NCBI GenBank assembly: GCA_903813345.2
Contig: CAIIXF020000001.1
Location: 38,750,001-38,814,000 of the forward strand
Origin: Owenia fusiformis
Taxonomy: Eukaryota
Direction: 5' to 3'
DNA: 64,000 nt
The notes below the pieces were generated by a model. The model did not search any database, had not been told where the DNA came from, and was given only the letters and a program-made list of their open reading frames with translations. A program made the translations under genes and the position numbers. Below are positions 1 through 13,900 of this stretch, in pieces. Each line of letters begins with the position of its first letter. Position 1 is the first letter of the stretch.

Positions 1-1983
1 TAAATAAATAAACCTACTTTTGGTGTCATATTGAATTCAAGTTTGACTGATTCACCATAAACTATCATGCATATATACAAATATGATGTCTTTCATTTTT
101 TTCAAAATTACAATAACACCTATCTGAATGAAAATATGTCAATATGACAGTTTTCAGTTCAAAGATTCTGTGAAATACAGAGTTCAAGCATTGGCATTAA
201 TTACTTGAGAACCTTTTTCACTTTCACATTATTCTAGAACTCCAAAAGTTTTTAACATGATTTTAAGCTTACATATTTGGCAATACACTGTAATTCTCAA
301 AAGTAGGCATAATGGATGTTATGATATTCGACATGTTAATTGATAATACTGCTCTCAACAACTAACACAAAATCAAATGAAAGGGCATACAAATAGCATT
401 TATGGTTCAAATTTAGTTTCTAAATGCTGTGCAATGATTGGCCTTAATTGTTCCATAAATAAAGTGATATGTTGCTTAAAAAACCTATGATTGAGGAAGC
501 CTTATTCATCTTATCATTTTATATTCACAACACCATGCATGTAATCAACTTGATTAAACTGCACATGTAAATTATGCGATGTGATATTGGCAAAAACACA
601 TCAAAATCACAAAAATGTTATATAATCACTTTTTGAATCACTTCTTAGAATGAATTTACTTAGGCCAGTTAGTTCTCAAACATTATATATCATATGATGA
701 CACGCATCAGTCATTTACTGCACAAGTACCTATTCTCTTTACATACAAGTCTAGGTTTACTAAGCCACAAAATAAAAAAAATGATACATTTTAATTGCAT
801 TGGTTTCAATACAGATTCTAGAAAAACTATATTCTGAGTTTCATAAATGACCTATATTATCTCAGATTTCAAAATGGTAGGCCACTATTAAATTATACAC
901 CTCAATTCACAGAGGTTGCAAACAGTGTTTTTTTACCATCTTACAAAAATAGGTCTAACAGCATGTACTGTTAAACCTATTCTGTACCATAATGTACTGT
1001 GCCCTCATTTGTAGAAATGTATAAAACCATGATAAAATGTCCCAGAAAAACATGCATGAAACACAATAATAATATTACTGACATGATGCTCAGCAGAATA
1101 TAATACATAGGGCAGTTAATGAATACTACATGATTGGTGAAAAATGTCTAATTTTGTTAATCTCTTGAAATCAAAATAAAGTAATTTATTTCACTGATAT
1201 TTGATTCCCTAGTAGAAGCAACCAAAGATTGGATTTCAGTTTGATTTATTTGGTTGAAGGAAAACAGTCCAGCATACCCGCTGAGCACCCCGATTGTAAA
1301 ACTTTGAGCTACATCTTTATAATAGACGCAGCATAGAATTCTTAGGTAGAACATCCATTTTATACATTTTCATGAAGCATTCCCAATAATTATAAAACCA
1401 CATCTTTTTACTAAATAACAAACAATAATGCCATTGGTTATTTACATGTATGTTGCAAGTTTTGCGTAAGATCTTACCGCCCCCTCCCCCCTTTGTTTCT
1501 CCAACATACAGTTGAAAAAGTATGTTTGCAGGTGTAGGAACTAGATACAGGGCTAACTTGTGGCATTCTAATTCACATTTAACTACAATTATGATCTTTA
1601 ATTTGTCAATTCAGTCTAGAATACCACATAAAAGTTTAACTCCTGTGTGAGCTAAAATGAATGTTAAGCTATAAAAGTGCACGGTGTAAAGGCGTATCTA
1701 AGTTTCAGATATTTTATGTGGTGCTATTGACTGTATTAAGACAAATTCAATAAATATTTCCTTTCCAATGTCTCATTTCCATATTTGAGCATCCTCCTAT
1801 GTCCTATAGACTAAAAATCTATACTGCTCCAACTCAAAACTTTGAAACTCTACAGTTTGTTGACTTACTTATCAAGATGAAATTGTAAGCAAAACATATA
1901 TCACAGAATCTGCTCTATGTCTAATCACCAAATCATCATTGTATGAGTATGTCATAATTCCTAGTTTATTCTAACATTCTAGC

Positions 1984-4900
1984 TTAGTACAAATCTTTCA
2001 TGCCTCCCTCTTCAAACTCTGTCCAAGCATCACTTAGTTCTATAAATATCAGTCTTGCCAAACTCTCTTCTGGAGTTCCAGTCAGCTGGAATATAAAATA
2101 TTAGATATACTGTAAGTATAGTGAAACCTGTAAAGTGGAACACCTCTGTTAGTGGAACACTTTTCAGAGTTCCAACAGCAAATGACTTAATGTTAAATGA
2201 ACTTGTTTAAGAACACTTTTTAGAGGTACAATTGGTGGTCCACTGAGATAGGTTTTACTGTATTTGACAAATTGGAGAATTCAAAAATCTCCCAGTTCTC
2301 TTGATTTATCAATGTACATGAACAAGCATATACAAATTCCTACCTTTGAGAACCATAAGAATATTTCTCAAAATTAAGTGTTGAAATTAAGTTCTATATG
2401 ATACTAGCACAATTAAACTTGATTTCACACTTATTGATTCATTCAATTCAAATTTTAACTTAGCTAATGCTGGGATAAAATTCAAAATCCAAAGTACATG
2501 TACATGACGCGTAATTGGGCCATGTGGCTCCTACATAAGGCATTCGTTCTATTACACACATACCTTGTCAGGATGTACAGATAAGACAGCTTTTCTGAAG
2601 AATTTCTTAACTTGGGCACCTGTAACCAGCTGGTGCATACCACATTCCTTCCATCTGGTCTCTCCCTCCCACAGCACTGTATGTAGTGTACTGAGCAGAC
2701 CCCTAATGTTACGCTCCTTGCCCTCAATCCACTCCTTTACCTACAACAGCATCAACAACCTTAAACATCTAATGAAAGTATGTGATTTTCTCATGATGAT
2801 ACCCTAAATATGGATGTAAGACCTATTCCCTGGTATTGTTGGTATAGAAGTATAGCATTGATCTCCTAGATGTAAGCCATGATTATTACAGTCAATACTC
2901 TTAATGATTAAACATCATCTGTTTTACTCTAAATTATCATTCTATAGTGTGTACTTGTATGTCTATGTATGACTGCATTTGAAAAACTCTTTGGGTTCCT
3001 TTAAAGAGGGATTCCAGAGTCTGTGTTTAATTAGGGAGCACGTCTAGGACTTAACTGATAATATATAGCTTTTTGTGCTACACTGAACTTTTGACACGCT
3101 CCCTTATGACTGTAAATATGGGAGATATTGCTCATTTCTATTAGTGGTAACAAAATACAGTGCAATATAATATAAGAATATGCATTTTGGACTTGCTCTT
3201 TTTTACATTATGTAAGGGTATAAGTGTATGAAATTTGTTAAATAATAAAATCTGTCTTAAAATCGTAAGTAATACCTTTAATTTTTCAGGATCCATTTCC
3301 TTAATAAGGTCCTCTTTCTTCATATCTTTCAATGATTTTGGTCCCTCTTTCTTGCTACCCAACTTGTTACCACCAAGGAGATCTTCAAAGGCATGTTCAC
3401 CAACCTTTGGAGCAGGACCTGCAGTAACAATGTTAGCATTAATCTTTTAATGTTTTCATGAAGTGGTCACTTATACAATATATAGCTACTCATATTTGTT
3501 TGTTTTGACAATTCCAAAATTCTTCAAATTTAGCTTCTCATTTTTGTTTAAACCATAAAAATTAAAATTAAAAAATTAAAAAAGTCCCTCAATGTATCAT
3601 TACATAAAGTAACAAGTAAATGTGACCCCTATAATTTATTTGCGGAGAAATTGATATTTTGTCTTTTTTGTAGATATACATGTACATGTAAATAATTCAA
3701 ACATTGCCAATAGAAGGCATTATTATTTATGTTTGAGTGGCACACCAACACTTCACTGCTGGTGAGATCAAATAGCAATACTCAACTCACCCCAAGGCTT
3801 CCTAGTGCCCCGATCTGACCTGTCACCAATGACACTGCTAGACTTAGGAGCACCGGTATTGACACCAGCAAAACTGGCTGAACTATAGTTAGGTTTAGCT
3901 GGCTGAGCTGGTTGACTTGGTCTGTGTTGAGGGGACTGCCCTGGTGACCTCCAGGCTCCACCTCCTGCCAAGAAACATCAAATTATTATTCCATTCAAAT
4001 CTGACCTAATCTGATCTGATTTCGCATTTCTTTCAGAATTAGGGCTGATTGTTTGATGGTTCTAGCAATTCTCACAATGAAAGATTTAATAGACGAAAGT
4101 AAAATGGAGTCATAAAACAACTATACAAGCTGTTTCAATAGGTATTTGAACATGTGAACCTCATCGCAAGAATTGAATATGAGAGTAAAAACTTAATACA
4201 GTAGAGCATTTGGTTATGTTAATGCAATATATTCTTCAGAATTAACACCTATCATAGCAATACAATTTGTACTGAACATCAACAGAAAAACAATTTCAAT
4301 CCAAGTTATGCATCCATAACCACTAAAATGAATGGGTTTCATTTGAAAGAATATTTGATAATTTAGTGTGTTTAATCATGTTGATTTGAATAGGCAAAGG
4401 CCTACTTTATTCTAAGTCATTTTCCTCAACTGTGCATTTTAGGAAACGTGACACTAGCATCATTCATAGATAGATCTCATACTGTTTAAAATATCAAACT
4501 AAAAGCGATTAACTTTAGTTTATACTGTACCTGCATTCTTTGGACTGACCATATGATTTGTTATGTATCATGTATCATGAAAAACATGCACAAAACTTGA
4601 AGTCAATTAACTCTCCTGCTAAACAATTTCATGTTTGTGTATTTGTATGTTTACCAAATGTAAAAAATTGTTTTTGCATTTTCAGACCCATGGTGAGAGG
4701 CATTATGTAACTAATGAACCCCACTAAGAAAAAATAGGCTATTATACAAAAATATAAGTTACATATGTACAAGAATGAAGCACTATTATTTAACTTCAAA
4801 ATGACTTTAATTCAATATTCAACTTCTTTCTACAACCTCAATTAATGGATGAATTTTGAAATTATGTTAATTTTGCAGATGGGTCATGGCAAACTATCCA

Positions 4901-7900
4901 TAAAACAAGTAAGAAGTGATTAATTTGGCCTGATAATTCAGAGAGTCAACTTAACTGCTTTTATTCGATATGGAAAAATCCATTTCACTTCCTGAAATGC
5001 TCAGTGAAAGTAAACTCACTGTGAATTCTCTACTGTATGATGTTCTATTGAACTTTGAACAATGAATAAAGTATAAGTGGGTTATTTATTTACTTACCCA
5101 TTCCACCACCATAATTTGGTTTTTGTTGCTGAGCTCCTTGGCCGCCGCCCATTCCTCCCATACCAGCCTGCATTCCTCCCATTCCTCCTCCCATTCCATT
5201 TGCACCAGCAGGTTTTGTCATATTTGTGGCAGGCTTGCCACCAAAGCTCCCTATAGAATTAAACAACAAAATCATTTTCAAGGCGGGTAGAATGGGTCAG
5301 CCTTGTAACATAGGATGAAAGGTGTCATTCTACTGAATATACCACAATGCTGAATTCATGCAAAACCATCATGGAATCATCCAGCCTCTTCGTGCCACCT
5401 AGCAACAGGTCCAGAATGTATGGTAAGGAAAGAATGTGATAGGAGCGTGAAAGACCTTTACTCTGGATTAAATCAAAAAATAAAACACTTCATGATTTAC
5501 TCTTGACCACTTGACCCGAAATCCTTATGACACACCCTGATAACAGGCAGGCAGTTTTCACCAATTTTTTCTCAATTAGAACATCAATTTATAAAATGTT
5601 ACTTACTACAACAAGATTTCAATGTACAATGCACAACAGAGAAGTAAATGTTTTCAAAGTTCATAATGCCTCAAATAAGATTAATTTTTCACAGCTGTAA
5701 TTATTTAATTCTGGAATTCATTTGTAATGTTTTAATTTTACTTACCAAAAGCTGCAAATGGATCAGGTTTAGGAGGAGGTACTCCTGTCCCAGGTGCCCC
5801 GGCTGTTCCTGCTGCTGATTGCAGATTGGGATTGCTAGTATTCCTTGGCATACCATGATTCATATTCATCATATTAGGTGTACTCCCTGCCCTAGGTATG
5901 TTATTAGGCACATTAAGTCCCCCAAGTCCACCCCCAACAAAACCCATCAAATCATCAGCCTTGGTGTCTTTATCAGAGGCTGGTGCTTCCATAAAAGCTA
6001 AAAAGTCATCTCCTTCAGGTTTCTTTGAGGGAAGTGAACTAGTTGAGCCACTCATGCTTTGTTGGAATGGATCAAAGGGCTTGGGCTGGGCTTGAGGTTG
6101 CTTTGTTTGGTCTTGGAATGGGTCAAATGCATTGTTGTTGGGTACTTGAGTACTAACACCTGAATCTTGAAATGGATCATATATATTCTGATTGCTACTA
6201 TGGGCACTACCATTGCCAGATGGTTCCAGCCCTCCACCTATTAAGTCCCCCAAAATATTATTTTGACTAGGCTGAGGAGCACTTGGATTTTGTGAAGGGG
6301 CTACCGGAGCACTGGCTTGAGTAGATTGGTTAAAAGGATCAAATCCACCACCAAATAAATCTTGATTTTGATTGCTCTGGAATGCCTGGCTAGCAGTATT
6401 ATCTGCTTTAGCAGTTCCACTCAACAGATCCACATTGGAAGGATCTGAATCACCTATATCCAACAAGTTCATCTGATCTGCTACCTCTTTCTTTTCACTA
6501 CCTATATTCAATAAATCAACACCTTCAGTCCCTTCCTCACTTCCAAGCAAGTCTTCTTCATCTGATGCAGGTAATTCCTCATTTCCATCACCCACACGCT
6601 CACTGGATAGTGCAGAGAACTCAGTGTCTAAATCAGAAGGTCCCTGTGAGGCAGGCTCACTTTGAACTGGTGCATCATTTTGCCAATCCAAAGATGTAAA
6701 AAAGGTTGATGCATTTGTCGGTTCTGGCTTTTTTGCTGAAGTGTTTTTGTCTTTGTCAGTGGAAGATGTTGTGTGCTCTGGAGTTGCATCGTTTGAACTC
6801 TGGCTTGCATCACGCTCCAATTTCCGCCTTGCTCTGTCAGATGCACCTGAAATTAATTAAAATATTATTATATTTTTTTTATATTTTCAAACGTCCTCCA
6901 CATAACATCAAATGGAGTTAAAATTGATTAAAATTATGCAATGTCTTAAAACAGCAGGATACACACATGGGGAGAAAGTCATCCCGCCACCTAAACCGAC
7001 TTGGAGTAAATATGAGTATATTGCAGTAGTAGTTTCATCTAAATAGGTGTAGATAGGCTATAGTCATACAGAGTCCCAACTGCAGTTGTTCCCATATGCT
7101 CATTTATAGCTAGCTGACCTCTTACACATTTGTTTCAAATACATTTTCAAACATCTTTCTTTATCTTATTGTAAATTAACAAGTGATAATATAGGTTAAT
7201 TACCTAACAGAATAACATTTTATTGTCTGAATCATTTTACAAAGTTTTGAATCATATCAAAGTAAGACACATTATATTAGTCTAGAACCAATCAATTGAT
7301 GATTTGCGATCACTGGATAGATTCTATCTTGTAGTGACGCCACAATTAGACCACACAGCTATAACTTTTTGATTTTGAGAAATTATCCTCTGTATTTCGT
7401 ACTTTATTGAATTATTTTTCACGAAAGCGTTCGATTTGACTAGATCAACATTCATCTTAAGCACATACCAAGTGTAAGATCTTACTGACATGATATAGAT
7501 AGCGGTTAAGCGCCCCCCAATTTTGAAAAAAACGGGGGGCGCTTAAGGCATCGATGTTTAGTATGAATTTCACCCAAACCTCGCACATATATAGCTATAC
7601 TCATGATCTAGTCAAATCGGCATACCGGGTAAATATTCGACCAATGGTTTTCATAATGGAAACGATAAAATTTTTAGCTCAAAACTGCCATGTGTCCGCC
7701 ATTTCGTGATTCCATCAAGTCTAATATCATTTCTATATGACGTCATACCAATAAGACGAAATACATGACGATTGACGACAGTATCCAAAATCAAAATTCC
7801 TGAATTCTGATTGCAAAAGGTCAATTAGGTTTAGACCATTTGTTTGTTAAATTGCTATGGCAATTTGTGTCTTTACGTCACAGTTGATGGCATCATATTC

Positions 7901-10900
7901 CAAAAATTCATTACTAAGATTGCTATATACACATATTTCTTTATTGACAGTAATTTAAATAAATTTCTTCTCATAATTTGTGATGTCATAAACTTGTTGC
8001 CTGGCCAACGACTAAACAAAACAAGCATGTGGTTTTGTTCAGTGCCTTTCTCTATGTTTTTTGATGAACAGTGGTTAAGTTATAATAAAATAATAAAGAT
8101 AATCAGGGTCCAAGCCAGGTCAAGTTACTTTTTGGAGATCTTGACAAGTTGCTGCATTTTCTTGTTATTAGTAAAATGCTACTGAAAGATGAGGAGAAAG
8201 ACTCATACTTCTTGAAAATGTGCTAATTATAATTATAACATATAGCAATATATAACAGGCCAAAGAAGACACATAAACCTCATATAGGGACAGATATGTC
8301 ATGAATGCAGATTAAAATATCAAAAAATCTTAAACCTTACATTTCTAAAAAAGTACAAAGGACAAGCATTAAAATTGATTAGAACATCTAAAACAAATAT
8401 TAAAAAGAGTTCCTCATATTCTCAACTGGTAACAAACTACAATAAATCATTAACATTGATGATCATGATGATGTCAAGATTTGTAGTGCTTTTCCAACTA
8501 CTAATGCTGAACATAGAAAACCCTGTGGGACTGGCTATACAGGACAGTACTACTTCCAACAACCCAAAACATTGGAAGGATACACATCAAGAGGATGCTC
8601 CAGAGAATGAGCAACATGGATATCCTGATAGACTGCATGTTACAACTGAAATGGACGCTTTAATGGAGAATGAGCAACATGGATATCCTGATAGACTGCA
8701 TGCTACAACTGAAATGGATGCTTCAATGGAGAATGAGCAACATGTATATCCTGATAGACTGCATGCTACAACTGAAATGGATGCTTCAATGAAGAATGAG
8801 CAGCACAGATATCTTGATAGACTGCATATTAAAACTGAAGGGAATGATTCAATGGAGAATGAGCAAAATAGATATCTTGATAGATTGTATGTTACAACTG
8901 AAATGGATACTTCAATGGAGAATGAGCAACATGTATATCCTGATAGACTGCATATTACAACTGAAGGGAATGATTCAATGAAGAATGAGCAAAATGGATA
9001 TCTTGATAGATTGTATGTTACAACTGAAGGTAATGATTCAATGGAGAATAAGCAACAAGGATATCCTGATAGACTGCACAAATCAATAGAAAGTAAACCC
9101 AATTCTCCTCAATTGAACATGAACCTTAATAATTCTTTCATTCTAAATAATCAGACTAGTATCATTACAACACTGCACTTTCAGGATGTTACATTTGTTG
9201 ATGATGCTGGGACAACTTCAGAAAATAATTTCAGCACTTCAGAAAATGATGATATGATAACTTCAGAAATGAGCATTGCTTCATTTGATGACAGTATAGC
9301 AGCTACAACATTGAAACTTCATGATGTTACAGATTCACATGTAGGTGTTACACTTTCACATTATGGTGCTACATCAGACACTGGAAAAAATGTAACTGAT
9401 ATTCAAATTCATGGCGCAATTAATGTAACAAGTCCCCCAAATATTAATGAATCTAGCTCAGTTCTATTGTCTGCACATGGAAACTGTTCTATCAAATTTA
9501 AAGGGATTGATTTACAACTACAACTGAGCTATGCATATTTCTGCACAGAAACATTTTCAACAGTTTATATTTATCCTGCTGTTAGTATTCTTGGTTTGAT
9601 CATAGTTAGTGGGTTAATAGGAAATTCTTTGATCCTTATTTCAACAGGCCTTGATCGCAACTGCAGAAAACCAAAACTGTTTTCCCTGATAAGCATCTCA
9701 GTAGCAGACTTTTATATCTCTGTTATTCACACAACTTTTGCTCTGGTATTGGTTCTTACGTCATCAGAGTTCAACCAGCAAGTAACCCAATCTCTTATTT
9801 ATCGGATCGACTTCTCATTGTCTCAAATGTTTTTCTCTGTTATTTGTCTTAGTCATATTATATTCAGCATCTCCCATTGTTGCAACATTACCATAAAACG
9901 TAAGCGCTATGAAAAGATTTTTCAATCGTCAACAATATCCGCTGTGACATGCTGTATGTGTTTCTTCTTCAGTGTGCTTAGCATCGCAGGGGAATTCTAC
10001 AAGCCATTCAGTTTTCTCCAAGATATCATCATCATCATCTTTTATTTGCTACTTCAGATTATCATTGTAATATGTGTGCTGAGGGTATATTTCTATGTTA
10101 AAAATCTTGGTGACAATTTGAGGCAAATTTCTAATACATCAACACAATCTTCAGATTCAATAAGGAAAAAAATTTCATCTGATACGATAAATAACATGGT
10201 AATATCAATCATGCTTTTCGCTCTTACTACAACTCCTCTTGTAATCATGGTAGCCGCAGATATCCAATCACATGACCTCAGGCTCATCTTTCATTTATTA
10301 GGTATCTTAAAATCTGCATTGTGGCCAGTTATTTTCACATCAAGACTGCCAATGTTTAATTTTGCAATACGAGCCATTTTGACATTAAGACTGCCTAGTG
10401 TAAAACGAAATACTTTGGCAAAAAAGCATAGAATAGAAAAGCTAAAGCATTATTATGCAGAGATACTGTGTTTCCCACAGTTACATATGAAACAATTAAT
10501 GAAGGGTCCAAAACCTGGTGAAACTAAGGTAATTTGGAAAAAACAAAATGAAGCCTCATTCGGCAGATCAATTGAGGCAGAAAGCTCTGGATATCAACCT
10601 GTAATGGTGAACAGAATGAATGTTAGACGTGGAATTGATATGTTCAATGATATTGAAATAGACAGTGGTATTTATAAGAATAATTTCAATATCGTACATA
10701 ATGGTACAGATTCAACCACTGGAACTACTGATGTGAAGAGTGGTGTTGGAGCAAACAATTGTATTAATGTTCAACATCTTGTTGATGTGCACAATGGTAT
10801 TGATAATAACCAAATTGGTAATGATGTTGATAATCGTATCACTACGCACAATGGGGAAAATATTTCACACAAAAATAGGGAAACTGTTTCACACAAGAAT

Positions 10901-13900
10901 GGGGACACTGTTTCACATGAGCGTGTAGAGACTTTTTCACCCAAGAATGGGGAAACTGTTTCACACAAGAATGGGAAAACTGTTTCACATGAGCGTGTGG
11001 AGACTTTTTCACATGAGAATGGGGAAACTGTTTCACACAAGAATGGGGAAATTGTTTCACACAAGAATGGAGAAACTGTTCCACATGAGAGTGGGGAAAT
11101 TGATGTTGAAATAAAAACAGGAGATATTCAAATAGATTGTGGAAATAATGTAACAGAAGTAAATTCTATAATGACTATAACAAGATTGTAATTGTGTAGT
11201 GAAGACAATGAGGATGTGTTGTTGCCAATTCAAATATACTGCTGGAAATACCTAAATAATATTGTTTTACTTTTTTTTACAGATGAAAGAATCAACTTTT
11301 TTCAGAGACATCTCCTAATGAGGTGAATAAAATGTTTCAGAACTTTATTATTTATTATCATGAATGTACAGATTGGTAACAATTGCTTGATAATACATTG
11401 AAAAAATATATCTCTATGAATCATAATGTTTGTTACACTTCATCACCCTTGCCTAATGCAGGGATTGTCTAAAAATGATTTTTAAAAAATGTCAGCTCAT
11501 TTTTTCACAAATGAGGAGTATTTTGAAAGTAAGACCCATTTGAGGCCCAAACGTAATGAGGAGTATTTTGAAAGTAAGACCCGTTTGAGGCCCAAACGTC
11601 CTGCCAGCACCTATGCAGTACTCACCAAACTGAGCTGCCACCTCATGTTGCTCATCTTTCTGGTTGAAGAGAATCTTTGGTGAAAGTTTGTGAACATTAA
11701 AATTGTCCCAAGGGAATGACTGGTCAGGTCTCTTCGACTCCTTAGATGATACGATATAGTCAAGGTTCACACAGAAGCCCTCTGAGTATTTGTCAGGAGT
11801 ATCTAAGTGATCAAGTTCAAATCTGAAATCACATAAGAAATAAGAGATTTAAAACACTCCTTTTCATTCATACTAATTTTAGTATGGTTTATTTAAAGCA
11901 ACTGAGAGTGTACACAAATAGTCCTAAACTTTTAATTTGATAAAATTGGTAAATCTCAACCAACAAAAACTATTTCTTCTAAATCAATAGGGATGTCATG
12001 GTTTCCCTATGTTGTCCCATCCCTTGGGACTTTAGTCTTGGCACAGGACAAGGCCACCAATGTTTTTAAACTTTGGCAGTCATTGTATTGTGTATTTTGA
12101 ATGTATTAATTGAATAAAGAAAAAAACGGGACAAGGCAACTCCCATTTTCCAAAAAAGTATGTCCATGCTCTGGATGTACAAGAATTCCTGTATATGGCC
12201 TTCTTCTATCCAAATACATGTAATGTGATCTAAATTCTCATTTTTTCTGTCCAATGCAGTCTACAAAACTTCAAACTAACTGGGAATAAATAGCAGAAAA
12301 TTTTAAGAACAAAATGTTATCTCATTCATGAACAGAATTATGGTCCTTCAGGAATAACTTCTCCCTTCAACATTTGTACTGCCTGATTGAGCATAAAGGT
12401 AGAAGGTAAAAACATTGTAAAAAAGAACTACATACCATGAAAACCCTATTAAGGTAGAAGTTCACTGTTCATTGCACAGTCAGTCAGTCATGACTCATAT
12501 TGCCCAAAAAATGTCTTGATAGATCAACGTGAGTGTGTCATATAAAAAAAAAGATCAATTAAATGTTTTGTGGCCAGTAAAAAATGAAAAAAATAGATTC
12601 TCCTTGGTTTCAAACACACTCCCTCGGGATTCAAATTTTTTCTAAAACAGGGCCCTCTTACTGATTGCACCACGCAGGTTTGACTGAAAAATGACTTTTT
12701 CAAAGCAAAAAGTATCAATGTTTTATTCATTTTTGTTTTTGGTATTAGAGATGCGCAAACTGACTGTGCATTGAACAGTGAACTTCTACCTTAAGGTCAA
12801 CGAACTACATACCTTGAAAACTTTGTGCTCTTGCTTTCTGGATGAATAAAGCCTGTGTGAAACTGGATTTGTAGAATTTTCATCGATGTAATCTGATCAA
12901 ATAAAAAGGGTATTTTTATATGAGAGAATGGTAAAATAAGCTTTTCACTTAAGCTAAACAAAGTAAATCTATTAAATGAATAAATAATTTTAAGTAATTC
13001 AAAATATATTGTTTCAATAACACTTGTTTCATCTACAAAACATTATTATCCCTTTACCATTAACACCAGTGTACATATAATTTCTAATACATGTGTTGTT
13101 GGTTTAACATTAGCACCATGAGCAATTTCTTTTTATTTCAACACTTAAAACGAATATTTAGGACTGAAATGACTAATATTCAGAGTGAGAATTTACTCTT
13201 CATTTCAGCCCTAATATTTTACATCAGAGAACAAATAGTGCTTCCAACCAAGATCTACAGGTATGTTCAATGACAGTAGATAAACTTGATATATTTCTTA
13301 AAGATTGTTTTGCAATTGTAGATGTATCTTTACCTGTAACAAGTAAATAAGAAAAGTAGGTGCCCTAACCCAAAAATACATGCACAATTTTACATATATC
13401 CTATAAAGTTTTCTCAACACATGTTGTACTTCTGCCCGATAAAAAGAAGATTAGAACTATATTAATCATACAAAAGATTCCACCAGGAATCATACCTTTA
13501 TAGGATATATGTACTGTAACTTACTCAGCCAGAAATAATGAAATTTGTTAATTGAATTGACTTAATTAATGATCATTAATCAACATGAGTACAGTATATA
13601 TGATTTAGATGCCCCTGGACACTTAATTAAATGATATAACTATACAGTAATATATTCACCATCAGACTTAAAGGAAGTAGGATAGATAGAGATAATATGA
13701 TTAGGCGAGATTAAATTTTGAAAAGAACAACACAATTTACGTCTTTTTCTATTTTTTGCTCTCAACATTCCACGTAACAATTTTTCAACATTTCTAACTT
13801 TATCTCAGGATAATCCTTCAATTTCAAAGATAATCTGGCAAAAAAACTGAAAAGTAGTCACCCCTTTTTTAATTCTAATGAATTCGACTACTTCTGCGCC

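Noticed and set aside
8587..9102. Antisense and alternative-frame ORFs over the GPCR repeats (also 10771-11084)
   Set aside because: By-products of stop-free tandem repeats.
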